A stretch of DNA of 36,012 nucleotides from an uncultured Candidatus Saccharibacteria bacterium (lineage in GTDB: Bacteria; Patescibacteriota; Minisyncoccia; Phycocordibacterales; PALSA-1337), in contig CAYIFO010000001.1 of NCBI GenBank assembly GCA_964362725.1, positions 1-36,012 of the forward strand, written 5' to 3'. Of the stretch, positions 22,942-32,229 are shown piece after piece (the first letter of the stretch is position 1; each line of letters opens with the position of its first letter). The notes beneath the pieces are model-generated. The model saw nothing but the letters and a program-made list of their open reading frames with translations. It was not told the origin of the DNA and made no database searches. A program made the position numbers and the translations under genes.

Positions 22942-23970
22942 ATGAAAATCCTTATTGCATCAGGCATTTATCCACCCGATATCGGAGGACCGGCCCAATA
23001 TGCCAGGAATCTTTACGAAACATGGAAAAAACAAGGCCACGAGGTCAAGGTGGCGGCTTATCGCTGGGAAAGAGTTTTCCCGCCTCTTCTCCGGCATATT
23101 CTCTATCTTCTCAAGATCATTCGCAAAGGCTGGAATGCCGATCTTATCCTGGTACTTGATACTTGGTCGGCGGCCGTGCCGACAATGCTCGCTTGCCGGC
23201 TTATGGGCAAAAAATATCTTATTCGGACTGGAGGTGATTTTCTTTGGGAATCTTACACTGAAAGGACCGGAAACCTGGTTCTTTTCCGGAATTTTTACGA
23301 GGACAAATCCGTCCAGCTTTCTTTCAAGGAACGTTTGATTTTGCGATGGGGCGGACGTGCTCTTCGCCAAGCCAAGGCGGTAATATTTAGCACCGACTGG
23401 CAAAGAAAGATTTTTGAAAAAACTTATGGTTTGAATGCCGAGAAGAGTTTTCAGGTCGAAAATTTCTGCGGGTCACGATTGGACAAGATGGAACCGGAAA
23501 ATAGAACTTTCGTGGCCGGTACGCGGTCACTCAAATGGAAGAATATTGAGTTTTTGAAAGAGGTTTTCTATGAGGCCCGGTCTGTCGTTCAAGTCAAAAA
23601 TCTTGAACCAATCGATCTCGATTGTGGCAAGGCTGTCTATGACAGTTTTCTTGAAAAAATCCATCATTCTTATGCTGTTGTTTTGACCTCGCTCGGGGAT
23701 ATTAGCCCCAATATGATTTTTGACGCCATCAGAGCCGGTACGCCTTTTATTTTGACCAGGGAAAACGGCATAACCGAGAGAGTCAAAAATTGCGCGATTT
23801 TCGTTGATCCGTGCAACAAAAAAGATATAGCTGAAAAGATTATTTGGCTAGCCGATCCTTCGAATAGGGCCATTCAGGCCGGAAAAGTCAGGGAATTTGG
23901 ATGGATCCATACCTGGGAACAGATTGCCGATGAGATAGTCAAGATCTGGCAGAGGACCAAGAAAAATTGA
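22942..23970 (+). CDS. Glycosyltransferase-like protein (divergent GT-B)
   Basis: The N-terminal MKILIASGIYPPDIGGPAQYARNL is typical of GT4 enzymes. The C-terminal motif is degenerate. Confidence 0.55.
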   Translation: MKILIASGIYPPDIGGPAQYARNLYETWKKQGHEVKVAAYRWERVFPPLLRHILYLLKIIRKGWNADLILVLDTWSAAVPTMLACRLMGKKYLIRTGGDFLWESYTERTGNLVLFRNFYEDKSVQLSFKERLILRWGGRALRQAKAVIFSTDWQRKIFEKTYGLNAEKSFQVENFCGSRLDKMEPENRTFVAGTRSLKWKNIEFLKEVFYEARSVVQVKNLEPIDLDCGKAVYDSFLEKIHHSYAVVLTSLGDISPNMIFDAIRAGTPFILTRENGITERVKNCAIFVDPCNKKDIAEKIIWLADPSNRAIQAGKVREFGWIHTWEQIADEIVKIWQRTKKN

Positions 23971-23976
23971 TTCTCC

Positions 23977-25149
23977 ATGAAAAATAAAAGTTTACTCATG
24001 ATTTCAACCGATCGCGCCATCTTTGACGAGAAGAGCGATGTTCGCGCTCGTCAGATCGAATATGCTAAGGAATGGGAGGAAGTTCACATTGTTATTTTTT
24101 GTAAAGAAAATTCAGCACTCCTTGGCAGTCGTTCCTTCTCAACCACGATCGGCTCGGCTCGAAGAACCGAAAACTCGCCGAGCCGTCTCTTCTCGCGCCG
24201 CCGATTGGAGTATGATAATTCGCAATCCAGCGGCGCTCCGAAAGGGTTTCGAAAGAACGACTGCCAAGGAGTGCTTATCTCTGAAAATTGTTGGCTTTAT
24301 TCAACAGAATCTTTCTCAAAATTTCTTTTTCCTTTTGATGCTGTTCGTATAGGAAAGAATATTGTTGAAAATAATAAAATAACCAACATTACTTGCCAGG
24401 ATTCTTCTTTGACTGCTTATGCGGGTGTCTCTCTCAAAAGAAAATATAAGATCCCGTTGGAGATTCAAATTCATGAGGATTTGGGTAGTCCCAACTACGC
24501 TTACAATCTGACGAATAAAATTCGTTTATTTTTGGCCAATCATTACATTCCCAAGGCCGATAATGTTAGAGTCGTTTCTTTCCGGATAAAAAAATATGTT
24601 GAGGAATTGTTGGAGAAAAAGAGATTGAACAAAGATTCGGGTAAACCGGTCATTGAAACTCGCCCCATTTCGGTCGATCTTGAAAAAATAAGGAATTCGC
24701 CGACGATCGTCGATCTTTATCAGAAATACCGCCAGTTTGATAAAATAGTCCTCATGGCTTCACGCCTGGAAAAAGAAAAGAATGTCGAATTGGCAATCAA
24801 AGCCTGGAAAAAGGTCAATGAATCTTTTCCAAAGGCCGGTTTGCTTATTGTCGGGCGAGGTTCCAAAAGTGTCGCTCTACAGAGCCTTCCCGCTAGGGTA
24901 ACCCTAGCGGGATCGATAATCTTTGAAGATTGGGTTCCTAAACCAACCCTTTTTTCCTATTACAAGACGGCCGATCTTTTCTTGAACACTTCCTTGTTTG
25001 AAGGCTATGGTCTGACTTTGGTCGAAGCAGAAGCCGCTGGCTGTCCGATAGTTTCAACCGATGTTGGCATTGCCGGGGAAGTTGGGGCGAATATTACGAG
25101 CTTTGAACCAGATGATGTGGCTAATAAGATTATTCAGTCGCTCAAGTAG
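23977..25149 (+). CDS. Glycosyltransferase family 4 carrying an in-frame 59-codon palindromic-element insertion
   Basis: C-terminal motif: NTSLFEGYGLTLVEAEAAGCPIVSTDVG. Residues encoded by about 24113-24289 are Ser/Arg-rich and coincide with an inverted-repeat element. Confidence 0.75.
   Translation: MKNKSLLMISTDRAIFDEKSDVRARQIEYAKEWEEVHIVIFCKENSALLGSRSFSTTIGSARRTENSPSRLFSRRRLEYDNSQSSGAPKGFRKNDCQGVLISENCWLYSTESFSKFLFPFDAVRIGKNIVENNKITNITCQDSSLTAYAGVSLKRKYKIPLEIQIHEDLGSPNYAYNLTNKIRLFLANHYIPKADNVRVVSFRIKKYVEELLEKKRLNKDSGKPVIETRPISVDLEKIRNSPTIVDLYQKYRQFDKIVLMASRLEKEKNVELAIKAWKKVNESFPKAGLLIVGRGSKSVALQSLPARVTLAGSIIFEDWVPKPTLFSYYKTADLFLNTSLFEGYGLTLVEAEAAGCPIVSTDVGIAGEVGANITSFEPDDVANKIIQSLK
24113..24282. 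mobile_element. MITE-like multi-hairpin palindromic element inserted in-frame in a glycosyltransferase CDS
   Basis: 21-bp perfect terminal inverted repeats at 24114-24134 and 24255-24275. Three internal hairpins. Flanked by the direct repeat GAAAATT at 24106-24112 and 24283-24289. Element plus one repeat copy is 177 bp, or 59 codons. Confidence 0.55.
24888..24912. repeat. 25-nt perfect palindrome inside the glycosyltransferase CDS
   Basis: TCCCGCTAGGGT-A-ACCCTAGCGGGA, encoding ..LPARVTLAGS.. Confidence 0.85.
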
Positions 25150-25200
25150 TTGTTATTTTTCTCACCTAAATCCTAGCTCCCTAATCCGTATAGACTAAAA

Positions 25201-25656
25201 ATGATCGATACCATCAAAAAAACCTACGCTGTTCTGGATGAGAGACATCCAACAAAAGTCAAAATAGTCCGCTACCTTATTTCGGGTGGCATGGCGGCTT
25301 TTACCGACCTGCTTTTCCTTTATATTTTCACGGACATTTTCGGTATCTGGTATATTCTTTCGGCCATCGTCGCTTTCCTTCTTTCTTTTCTGGTCAGTTT
25401 TTCTATGCAGAAATACTGGACATTCAAGGATCATTCAAGTGATCGATTCCGCACCCAAGCCGTCACCTATCTCTTTGTGACCGTGACCAACTTGGGGATT
25501 AATACATTGGGTATTTTTCTTTTCGTCCAATATGTTCATTTGCATTACATGATCTCGCAAATTATCGTCAGCGCTTTTATTGCCATCGAAAGTTTCTTCG
25601 TCTATCAGGTGGTTTTCAAACAAAGAAACGACCTGACAATCACTGAAAACCCATGA
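25201..25656 (+). CDS. GtrA-family membrane protein (polyprenyl-phosphate-sugar flippase-like)
   Basis: 151 aa with 4 TM helices. RYLISGGMAAFTDLLFLYIF and SF.MQKYWTFK are typical of GtrA. Confidence 0.8.
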   Translation: MIDTIKKTYAVLDERHPTKVKIVRYLISGGMAAFTDLLFLYIFTDIFGIWYILSAIVAFLLSFLVSFSMQKYWTFKDHSSDRFRTQAVTYLFVTVTNLGINTLGIFLFVQYVHLHYMISQIIVSAFIAIESFFVYQVVFKQRNDLTITENP

Positions 25657-26693
25657 AGATTTTAGTCCTAACTCAAAAAATCGATATCAAAGACAGTTAT
25701 TTGAGTTTTTTTCATGACTGGGCTTTGGAATTGGCCAAACATTTTTCATTCGTCACTATTATCTGTCTTAGCAAAGGGCAATATGAACTGCCGGCCAATA
25801 CGAAGGTTTTGTCTCTAGGTAAGGAATATAAACCTTCGAGACTGCGGTACATCTGGCGTTTTTACAGGCAGATCTGGCGGGAAAGAAAAAATTACGAGGC
25901 TGTCCTTGTCCACATGAATCAGGAATATATCCTCTTGGGCGGTTTGTTCTGGCTTATTCTGGGCAAGAAGATCTATATGTGGCGAAATCATCATGCCGGA
26001 TCGATCCTGACAGATCTTGCTGCTTTATTTTGCACCAAAGTCTTTTGCACCTCGAAATATTCCTATACAGCCAAATACAAGAAAACGGTCCTCATGCCTG
26101 TGGGGGCCAATACCGATCTTTTCCAAAGAAAAGCAGAAATACAAAGACAACCCCTTTCAATCCTTTTCTTCGGGCGGATTGCTCCGGTCAAGAGGCCGGA
26201 CCTGCTCATCGAGGTGCTTTCGGGACTCAAAAAGAGCAGTCAAAAATTTACGGCTTCATTCTACGGCGATGCTTTGCCGGCAGATGCGTCTTATCATGAG
26301 TCGTTGAAGAAGAAGGTTGAAACCGAAGGCTTGTCCGATTGTGTTCAGTTTTATCTTGGTAGTCCCAATTGGGGTGCTACCCAGATTTACAACTCCCATG
26401 AAATTTTCGTGAATTTGAGCACGAGCGGAATGTACGATAAAACGATTTTTGAAGCCATGGCTTGTGAATGTCTGGTCCTAGCCTCCAATGAAAATTTGCA
26501 TGGACTTATCGATGAACAATTTATTTTCAAAGAAGGAAACAGGGAAGATTTGGCACAGAAACTTTTGCATTTGCTTCATCTTGACTCTGACCAAAAAAAA
26601 TATTATGGTGAGAGACTAAGGGAGATCGTGGTTGCCAAACATAGTCTGCAAGAGCTAGGTAATCGCCTCAAACAAGCCCTATTGGGAATATGA
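25653..26693 (+). CDS. Glycosyltransferase family 4-like (GT-B)
   Basis: FFGRIAPVKRPDLLIE and DKTIFEAMACECLVLAS. The start forms an ATGA overlap with the gtrA stop. Confidence 0.65.
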   Translation: MKILVLTQKIDIKDSYLSFFHDWALELAKHFSFVTIICLSKGQYELPANTKVLSLGKEYKPSRLRYIWRFYRQIWRERKNYEAVLVHMNQEYILLGGLFWLILGKKIYMWRNHHAGSILTDLAALFCTKVFCTSKYSYTAKYKKTVLMPVGANTDLFQRKAEIQRQPLSILFFGRIAPVKRPDLLIEVLSGLKKSSQKFTASFYGDALPADASYHESLKKKVETEGLSDCVQFYLGSPNWGATQIYNSHEIFVNLSTSGMYDKTIFEAMACECLVLASNENLHGLIDEQFIFKEGNREDLAQKLLHLLHLDSDQKKYYGERLREIVVAKHSLQELGNRLKQALLGI

Positions 26694-28258
26694 AACTATC
26701 ATTTGTCATTCCTTGCTATAACGAAAAGAACACGATTCGGGAGTTACTCTCCCGAGTTTTGTCTTTGGACATAGCGCCCTGGAAAAAAGAAATAATCGTG
26801 GTTGACGACGCCTCGAGCGATGGAACATCTGATGTTCTCAATGAATTCAAGAATAAAATCAAACTAATCAATCTCAAAAAGAATAGCGGTAAAGGCACGG
26901 CAGTTCTCTCTGGTCTCGCGGAAGTGACCGGTGACTACATTGTCATTCAAGACGCTGATCTGGAATACAATCCAAGTGATATTTGCCCCATGTTGGCGAT
27001 TATTGAAAAAGAGCCTAGTCTGGTGATTTACGGTTCGAGAAATATTCATCACGAGAAAAGAAGCGGCTTTATTTTTCAGAGAATGGGCGTCTGGGCCATT
27101 ACTTACTTGATTAATGTGTTCTATAACCAGAAATTAACCGATGTTTGGACCTGCTACAAAGTCTTTCCGGTTGCGGCCAAAAAGCATTTTGTGCCGGGGC
27201 GCTATGAAGCGGAATTGCTTTTTACGACGGCTATGGTGCGGAATGGTTATCGGATCGAAGAGGTATCTATCTCTCACAAGCCTCGTAATGCCAGCCAGGG
27301 CAAGAAAATACGTTACAGGGACGGTTTTAGGGCCATTGGGGCCATTCTGGCCGATAAACTGGCCCATCTGAAGAAGCCAGAAATACGACTGGCGGCCGAC
27401 CATTCGAAGATAATCTGTTGTCCATTTTGTCAAAGTGAGCTTTCAAGAAAAGCCAATGCCCATTTTTGCCAAACACATGGTTTGTTTGAAATAGACGAAT
27501 CTCGAAGGCCGATCCTGATAGAAAGTGAAGTCTACAAGAAAAATCAAAATCAACACGATTCCGGTATCAATTGGCTCAAGTCTTTTTTCAAGCAATTTCC
27601 CAAACTCTACTACACTATTTGGCATGTCGTCTGTCCGGTCATGATGTTGGTCAATGGTCCACGGATAGTTCTCGATCGGCTCAAAAATGGTAGCTTGATT
27701 GCCGATATTGGTTCGGGACCGGAAAGGCTCGGTCCGGAATTTATCAATGTCGATGTTTTTCCTTTTCCGGAAGTGGATATAGTGGCTGATGCCACTCGTT
27801 TACCCTTTAAGGATAATACTTTGGACGGAGCGGTTTCAGAATCAGTTTTTGAACATGTGCCGGATGCTTCTCTGGTAGCCCGGGAAATGGTTCGAGTTGT
27901 CAAACCGGGTGGCTTGATTTATGTGAGCGCGCCCTTTATACACCCTTACCATGCTTCTCCCGATGATTTTAATCGCTGGACGATAAGTGGTTTGAAACAT
28001 CTCTTTCCTGATCTGGAAATAATCGAAGCCGGGGTTCGCTCGGGTCCCTGGAGCGCTCTTCTCATGTTTCTGGCCTATTGGCTGGGCGTGATCTTTTCCT
28101 TTGGGGCCAGGGCGGTGGCGCCTTTCCTGGCTCACATGTTCATGATCATCCTGGGACCTTTCAAATATCCGGATTATTTTTTCATGAAGATACCCGGTTC
28201 GGAAGCGGTGGCGACACATCTTTATATTTTGGGGAGGAAGAGGGGTGGGAGGGTGTGA
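26690..28258 (+). CDS. Fusion protein: GT2 (DPM1/GtrB-like) + zinc-ribbon + class I SAM methyltransferase + C-terminal TM segments
   Basis: SFVIPCYNE..VVDDASSDGT..QDADLEYNP (GT2). CCPFCQSEL...HFCQTHG (Zn ribbon). DIGSGPE...LPFKDNTLDG.VSESVFEHV...VKPGG (Methyltransf_11-like). The C-terminus is hydrophobic. Confidence 0.8.
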   Translation: MKLSFVIPCYNEKNTIRELLSRVLSLDIAPWKKEIIVVDDASSDGTSDVLNEFKNKIKLINLKKNSGKGTAVLSGLAEVTGDYIVIQDADLEYNPSDICPMLAIIEKEPSLVIYGSRNIHHEKRSGFIFQRMGVWAITYLINVFYNQKLTDVWTCYKVFPVAAKKHFVPGRYEAELLFTTAMVRNGYRIEEVSISHKPRNASQGKKIRYRDGFRAIGAILADKLAHLKKPEIRLAADHSKIICCPFCQSELSRKANAHFCQTHGLFEIDESRRPILIESEVYKKNQNQHDSGINWLKSFFKQFPKLYYTIWHVVCPVMMLVNGPRIVLDRLKNGSLIADIGSGPERLGPEFINVDVFPFPEVDIVADATRLPFKDNTLDGAVSESVFEHVPDASLVAREMVRVVKPGGLIYVSAPFIHPYHASPDDFNRWTISGLKHLFPDLEIIEAGVRSGPWSALLMFLAYWLGVIFSFGARAVAPFLAHMFMIILGPFKYPDYFFMKIPGSEAVATHLYILGRKRGGRV

Positions 28259-28294
28259 CACATCCCGGAACTGAAGAGAAGAGGTCGGACCTCT
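28251..28294. repeat. Two adjacent palindromic motifs at a gene end
   Basis: GGGTGTGACACATCCC (28251-28266) is a degenerate copy of the GGGATGTGTCACATCCC motif and contains stop codon TGA 28256-28258. AGAGGTCGGACCTCT (28280-28294) is identical to 33278-33292. Confidence 0.75.
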
Positions 28295-28322
28295 CCGACA
28301 TTCTAAATCATATCTGTCAACC

Positions 28323-28351
28323 TTGACTAATAAGTTAGGAGGTGATATTAT
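28323..28351 (+). promoter_or_regulatory. Near-consensus sigma70-type promoter
   Basis: TTGACT (28323-28328), 17-nt spacer, TGa-TATTAT (28343-28351). Confidence 0.55.
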
Positions 28352-28397
28352 GTTTAGGAATTTGAACATAACAACTTAATAATAGAAAGGGGGTTTT

Positions 28398-29093
28398 GTG
28401 TCAAAAAACAGAATTCAATCAGGCAACGAAATCCTGATTGATTGGTTTGTTCGGAATTGGAAAGTTCAAGAAGTCGATTTGTATGAGATTTGTCGCAATC
28501 ATAAAGTTGACTTGATCGTGCCGGTTTCTTACACCACTCTCCCAGATCGCCTTGTCGATGCTACTCTGGCGAATCTAAAAAATGCGGCACATATACACTC
28601 GGTCTTTCGAGATTCACACATTGCTTTTGCTTCCTGCGAATCTACTGGCTATCCATTTAGTGGAGCCGGCAATATTGAAGATCTTTTCAAAGAGCAATTT
28701 CTTGGAGTTCATGATATCAAGCCGTTGATCGCTCCCCATATGGGTAATACCATTGATGAGGCCTATAAAATCAAGCTCACGCTTGATACTGTGGGTATTC
28801 ATCCGAAAGGAATAATGATCTGCACGGGTGAACTTCACGGGCCGAGCGCTAAGTTGGTTTACAGGATGTTTTTTCCAGAGTCTCGGATTTTCATCTCGAC
28901 AGTGTCGTATAGACTGGAAATCCAACCGGATCATCCCGTGCTTGACCAGCGGACCATGAACCGTTGGATATTGAGTAATGTTAAGAGACAGGCGGCTCTG
29001 CGGGCTTGCTATGGAATTTGGAAAATAAACCGGCCACTTGGTCTAAAATGCCTCCATGTTCTGCGGAAGATTAAACACAAAGCGGCTAATTAA
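28398..29093 (+). CDS. DUF218 (YdcF/ElyC/SanA-like) domain protein
   Basis: GNTIDEAYK and ICTGELHGPSAKLVY fit the DUF218 nT.eNa and vT..yH..Ra positions. GTG start. Confidence 0.5.
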   Translation: MSKNRIQSGNEILIDWFVRNWKVQEVDLYEICRNHKVDLIVPVSYTTLPDRLVDATLANLKNAAHIHSVFRDSHIAFASCESTGYPFSGAGNIEDLFKEQFLGVHDIKPLIAPHMGNTIDEAYKIKLTLDTVGIHPKGIMICTGELHGPSAKLVYRMFFPESRIFISTVSYRLEIQPDHPVLDQRTMNRWILSNVKRQAALRACYGIWKINRPLGLKCLHVLRKIKHKAAN

Positions 29094-29148
29094 GTTCGCT
29101 CTGATCAATTTTCCGCCCTGCCAGTTGGTTTTGGGCGGTTATTGCTTC

Positions 29149-29182
29149 AAAAGCGCGGTACCAATCATACTGCGCTTTTTTT
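29149..29182. terminator. Bidirectional terminator between convergent genes
   Basis: AAAAGCGC(29149-29156)...GCGCTTTTTTT(29172-29182). A second hairpin, CCGCCC...GGGCGG, lies just upstream. Confidence 0.65.
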
Positions 29183-29187
29183 ATTCA

Positions 29188-29946
29188 CTACCTCCGGCTA
29201 GCCAGATAATTGGTGGTGAAAAGCATTTCGGAAAGGCGATCGGGACTCTTGATCTCTTCGAGACCGTCCTGGAGAATACGGTAAATTTTGTAGTCCTTCA
29301 GGTATTCGAATATATCCTTGAAATAGACCCGAGCGTCACGACTACCGAGACTCATTTCAAACTGAATGTTCTTTATGAATGGCAAAGTCTTCTCGCTACC
29401 CTTGAGGCAAGCCAATTCATAGCCCTCCGTGTCGATTTTGAGAAGGGAAATATATTTAATTCCGTTTTTTGAACAGAAACTGTCGATCATCTCGACTTCG
29501 ACTTTTTCGGAAAGGACGAAATCCCCGTCAGTTTTGAGAAGGGAGCTTAGACCTCTTGTTTCTCTGGGGTAGTGAAGGGTCGCTTTACCATTCCGATCAC
29601 CGAGAGCTTTATTGTGAAGTCTAACGCCACTATTGGCCAGCAATTTTTTTAAGATATCGTAATCTCGTTTACACGGTTCAAAAGCGTATATTATTGCCTG
29701 GCCGCCCGTGTATCTGATGATCTCTTTCGAATAAGTCCCTCCTTGAGCGCCGACATCGAAAACAATTGAATCACTTTCATTTTTTAAGGCAAAATCAATA
29801 GCACACTGCTCTCCGCTTTCATAAACATCTCTTCCACTCATGCCGATGTTCAGACCTTCAAGAGAAATGTCGAAAAGTCGACGAAAAAAAGGTTGGTATC
29901 TTTTTTTGCCGAAAAATTGTTTCTTAAATATTTTCTTGATATTCAT
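29188..29946 (-). CDS. FkbM-family SAM-dependent methyltransferase
   Basis: FDVGAQGGTYS, IYAFEP and LLKIDTEGYELACLKG are FkbM-domain hallmarks. Confidence 0.8.
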   Translation of the reverse strand: MNIKKIFKKQFFGKKRYQPFFRRLFDISLEGLNIGMSGRDVYESGEQCAIDFALKNESDSIVFDVGAQGGTYSKEIIRYTGGQAIIYAFEPCKRDYDILKKLLANSGVRLHNKALGDRNGKATLHYPRETRGLSSLLKTDGDFVLSEKVEVEMIDSFCSKNGIKYISLLKIDTEGYELACLKGSEKTLPFIKNIQFEMSLGSRDARVYFKDIFEYLKDYKIYRILQDGLEEIKSPDRLSEMLFTTNYLASRR

Positions 29947-29948
29947 TT

Positions 29949-31094
29949 CTATCTTTTTATTATGTTATCGTAAAGATCGAGATATGCCCGGTCCATCTTT
30001 TCTAGGGAGAAATTAAGGTCGACATTATCTTTGGCTCTTTTGCTCATCTCCCAATACTTATCAAACGGCAAATTCAAGATATATTCAAGGCCTTCTTTCA
30101 GAGCCGAAACGGAATGTTCCTTGGCAATATAGCCTGTTTCCCTGTCCTTAACAATTTCTGGCATAGCATCGATTTTTGTCGTCACAACCGGTGTGCCACA
30201 GGCCTGCGATTCGGCGGCCACCAAGCCGAAGGAGTCTCCGAAAGTCGGATAAAGAAAGACGTCGCTGGCCCCAAAGTATTTTGCCATAAGTTTCTTGTCG
30301 GCAGTATATGGTAAAGACAAACGATTGGATCCAGTCTTAATATTATCATTACCGATAACTAGGAAGAAAATGTCAGAATTATCAACATAACTTTCCATTA
30401 TTTGACGAGAAATAAGCCAGCCTTTGAGACCAAACATAACAATCTTTTTATTAAGAGGTAGACCAAGCTCCTGGCGCGTCACTCGTTTGTCATAAGGTCT
30501 GAAGATATCTGTATCAACGCCATTATATATTCGGCGAATATTTTGCTTGGCCAAAATGCTTCTTTCAAGCTCATTTTTCATCCAGTCTGAAACAGCTACC
30601 AAATGCAATTTACATTTGGAATAGATCTTTTCTTTGGTTTTGAGAAGGTGTGCTGTATTGTCCCAAAGATAAAAAAGAAATCTTTTTTTGTTGGGATTTT
30701 TTCGGGTGGCGCTATCGCTGGCAAAACCGGTTATAGCCCAGAGGTCATGGATGGTCCAGATAACTTTTTTCTCCCGGGACATTCTTTTTAGATCTCGCAG
30801 GTTAAAAAAGTTACTGTGGAGATTATGACAATGAATAATGTCGGCTTCTCTGTATTCCTTGGTTCGGAAAATATAGCCAGTTCCGGCAAATCTTAAGTCA
30901 TTGGCAAAAAGTTTGACCAGCGAATCTTGCCAGCGTTTTCTGGGAATTTTGAAAACATCGGGCTCGTCTGAATATTTATAGCGAACAAAAGTGTTGACAG
31001 TATGGCCCAAAGATTTCATTTTCTTCCGGATCTCCCAGGCAACCAAAGCCGCTCCTCCTTTGTTGTCAATTGTGCTTAAAACTAAGATATTCAT
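29949..31094 (-). CDS. Glycosyltransferase family 4
   Basis: YPTFGDSFGLVAAESQACGTPVVTTKIDAMPEIVKDRETGY. Confidence 0.8.
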   Translation of the reverse strand: MNILVLSTIDNKGGAALVAWEIRKKMKSLGHTVNTFVRYKYSDEPDVFKIPRKRWQDSLVKLFANDLRFAGTGYIFRTKEYREADIIHCHNLHSNFFNLRDLKRMSREKKVIWTIHDLWAITGFASDSATRKNPNKKRFLFYLWDNTAHLLKTKEKIYSKCKLHLVAVSDWMKNELERSILAKQNIRRIYNGVDTDIFRPYDKRVTRQELGLPLNKKIVMFGLKGWLISRQIMESYVDNSDIFFLVIGNDNIKTGSNRLSLPYTADKKLMAKYFGASDVFLYPTFGDSFGLVAAESQACGTPVVTTKIDAMPEIVKDRETGYIAKEHSVSALKEGLEYILNLPFDKYWEMSKRAKDNVDLNFSLEKMDRAYLDLYDNIIKR

Positions 31095-31149
31095 ATGAGT
31101 CTATACATGATTTCGCTATGTGAGACAAAGTATATAGGGTGAGTAGACT

Positions 31150-32190
31150 TTAGGCGAAGCATTTCCTGATCAAATTATCGGCCAAGATTTTGGATGTCAA
31201 ATTTTGTCTGTAAAATTCGTAACCATTTTTCGCCACTAGTTCCAAAATTTCCGGTCGATTTTTCAAAAAGAGTATTTTGTCAGCCAAGTCTCGCGGATCA
31301 CCTGGCTTGGAACAGAGGCAGGTCTCATCTTCCTTGAGCAATTCAAGAACGGCTTTGTTGCGAGCGGTCAGATAGGGTAGGCGCATGGCCAGACTCTCGA
31401 AGGATTTGCAGGGCAAGGTTCTCTCCAGACGGGGATGGTCAGCCATTTGACCCAAGCTTATATGTGAAGCCTGCATCTTTTTTCTCAATTCATCAATGGG
31501 TAATGAATGATTGATCATAACAATGTTTTTTGGCTTAAGTTCATCCATGAGCGTATTGACCAATCTATAAGAAAAACCGTGGCCTATGATAAGAAAAGCT
31601 ATATCAGAATCCTCTAAAATTTTGGCCACTTTTATGACCGTGTCAATGCCTGATTCGGGCAGAAAGCGCCCTCTGAAAAGCACGGTGAATTTTGAGTATT
31701 TGGAAACATTTGGTTCATAATAATATTCCTTTTCATTTAATCCGGACCAGGAAAGGATCAATTTATTTCTTTTAACCAACCAATTTCGGCCGATGTATTT
31801 GATTTGCGAGGGGCTTTCGAGTAGAACCAACGAAGCCAGGTGGAATGAGATAAAATCAATAAGCCACCACTTCATAGCCTCAAATGAAAAAGGACTGATG
31901 CCACGCGAAACGATGTTGCCTTCATACTGGGAAGAAGTAGCATTGTATATGATCCTATTTTTGGAAAATATTCTAGCTATTGGGACAAAAAACGGGGAAG
32001 TAAAGCCAACAAAGATTGCATCATATTTTACAACCTCTCTTTTCAGGTATTTGGCCAAATTGCTATATTTTTTCATTCCTGGAGAATTTTCCTCAAGTTC
32101 AATGACTTTGTGACCATTTTCCTTGAGTCCATCGATGATGTGTCTGTCGTGAGGAAAAATGTTTCGGGTGTTTATATAGAGAAATTTCAT
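31150..32190 (-). CDS. Glycosyltransferase-like protein (GT-B fold)
   Basis: The start was trimmed from GTG 32208 to ATG 32190 (MKFLYIN...). FRGRFLPESGIDTVIKVAKIL..DIAFLIIGHG is typical of the C-terminal Rossmann half. Confidence 0.55.
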   Translation of the reverse strand: MKFLYINTRNIFPHDRHIIDGLKENGHKVIELEENSPGMKKYSNLAKYLKREVVKYDAIFVGFTSPFFVPIARIFSKNRIIYNATSSQYEGNIVSRGISPFSFEAMKWWLIDFISFHLASLVLLESPSQIKYIGRNWLVKRNKLILSWSGLNEKEYYYEPNVSKYSKFTVLFRGRFLPESGIDTVIKVAKILEDSDIAFLIIGHGFSYRLVNTLMDELKPKNIVMINHSLPIDELRKKMQASHISLGQMADHPRLERTLPCKSFESLAMRLPYLTARNKAVLELLKEDETCLCSKPGDPRDLADKILFLKNRPEILELVAKNGYEFYRQNLTSKILADNLIRKCFA

Positions 32191-32198
32191 TGGCTTCA

Positions 32199-32223
32199 AG
32201 TATATCACGCGATTTGCTACAAT
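32199..32223. promoter_or_regulatory. Back-to-back -10 elements in a 39-bp divergent intergenic region
   Basis: The minus strand carries TGaTATACT (reverse complement of 32199-32207), 8 nt before ATG 32190. The plus strand carries TACAAT (32218-32223), 6 nt before ATG 32230. Confidence 0.45.
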
Positions 32224-32229
32224 CTACTC

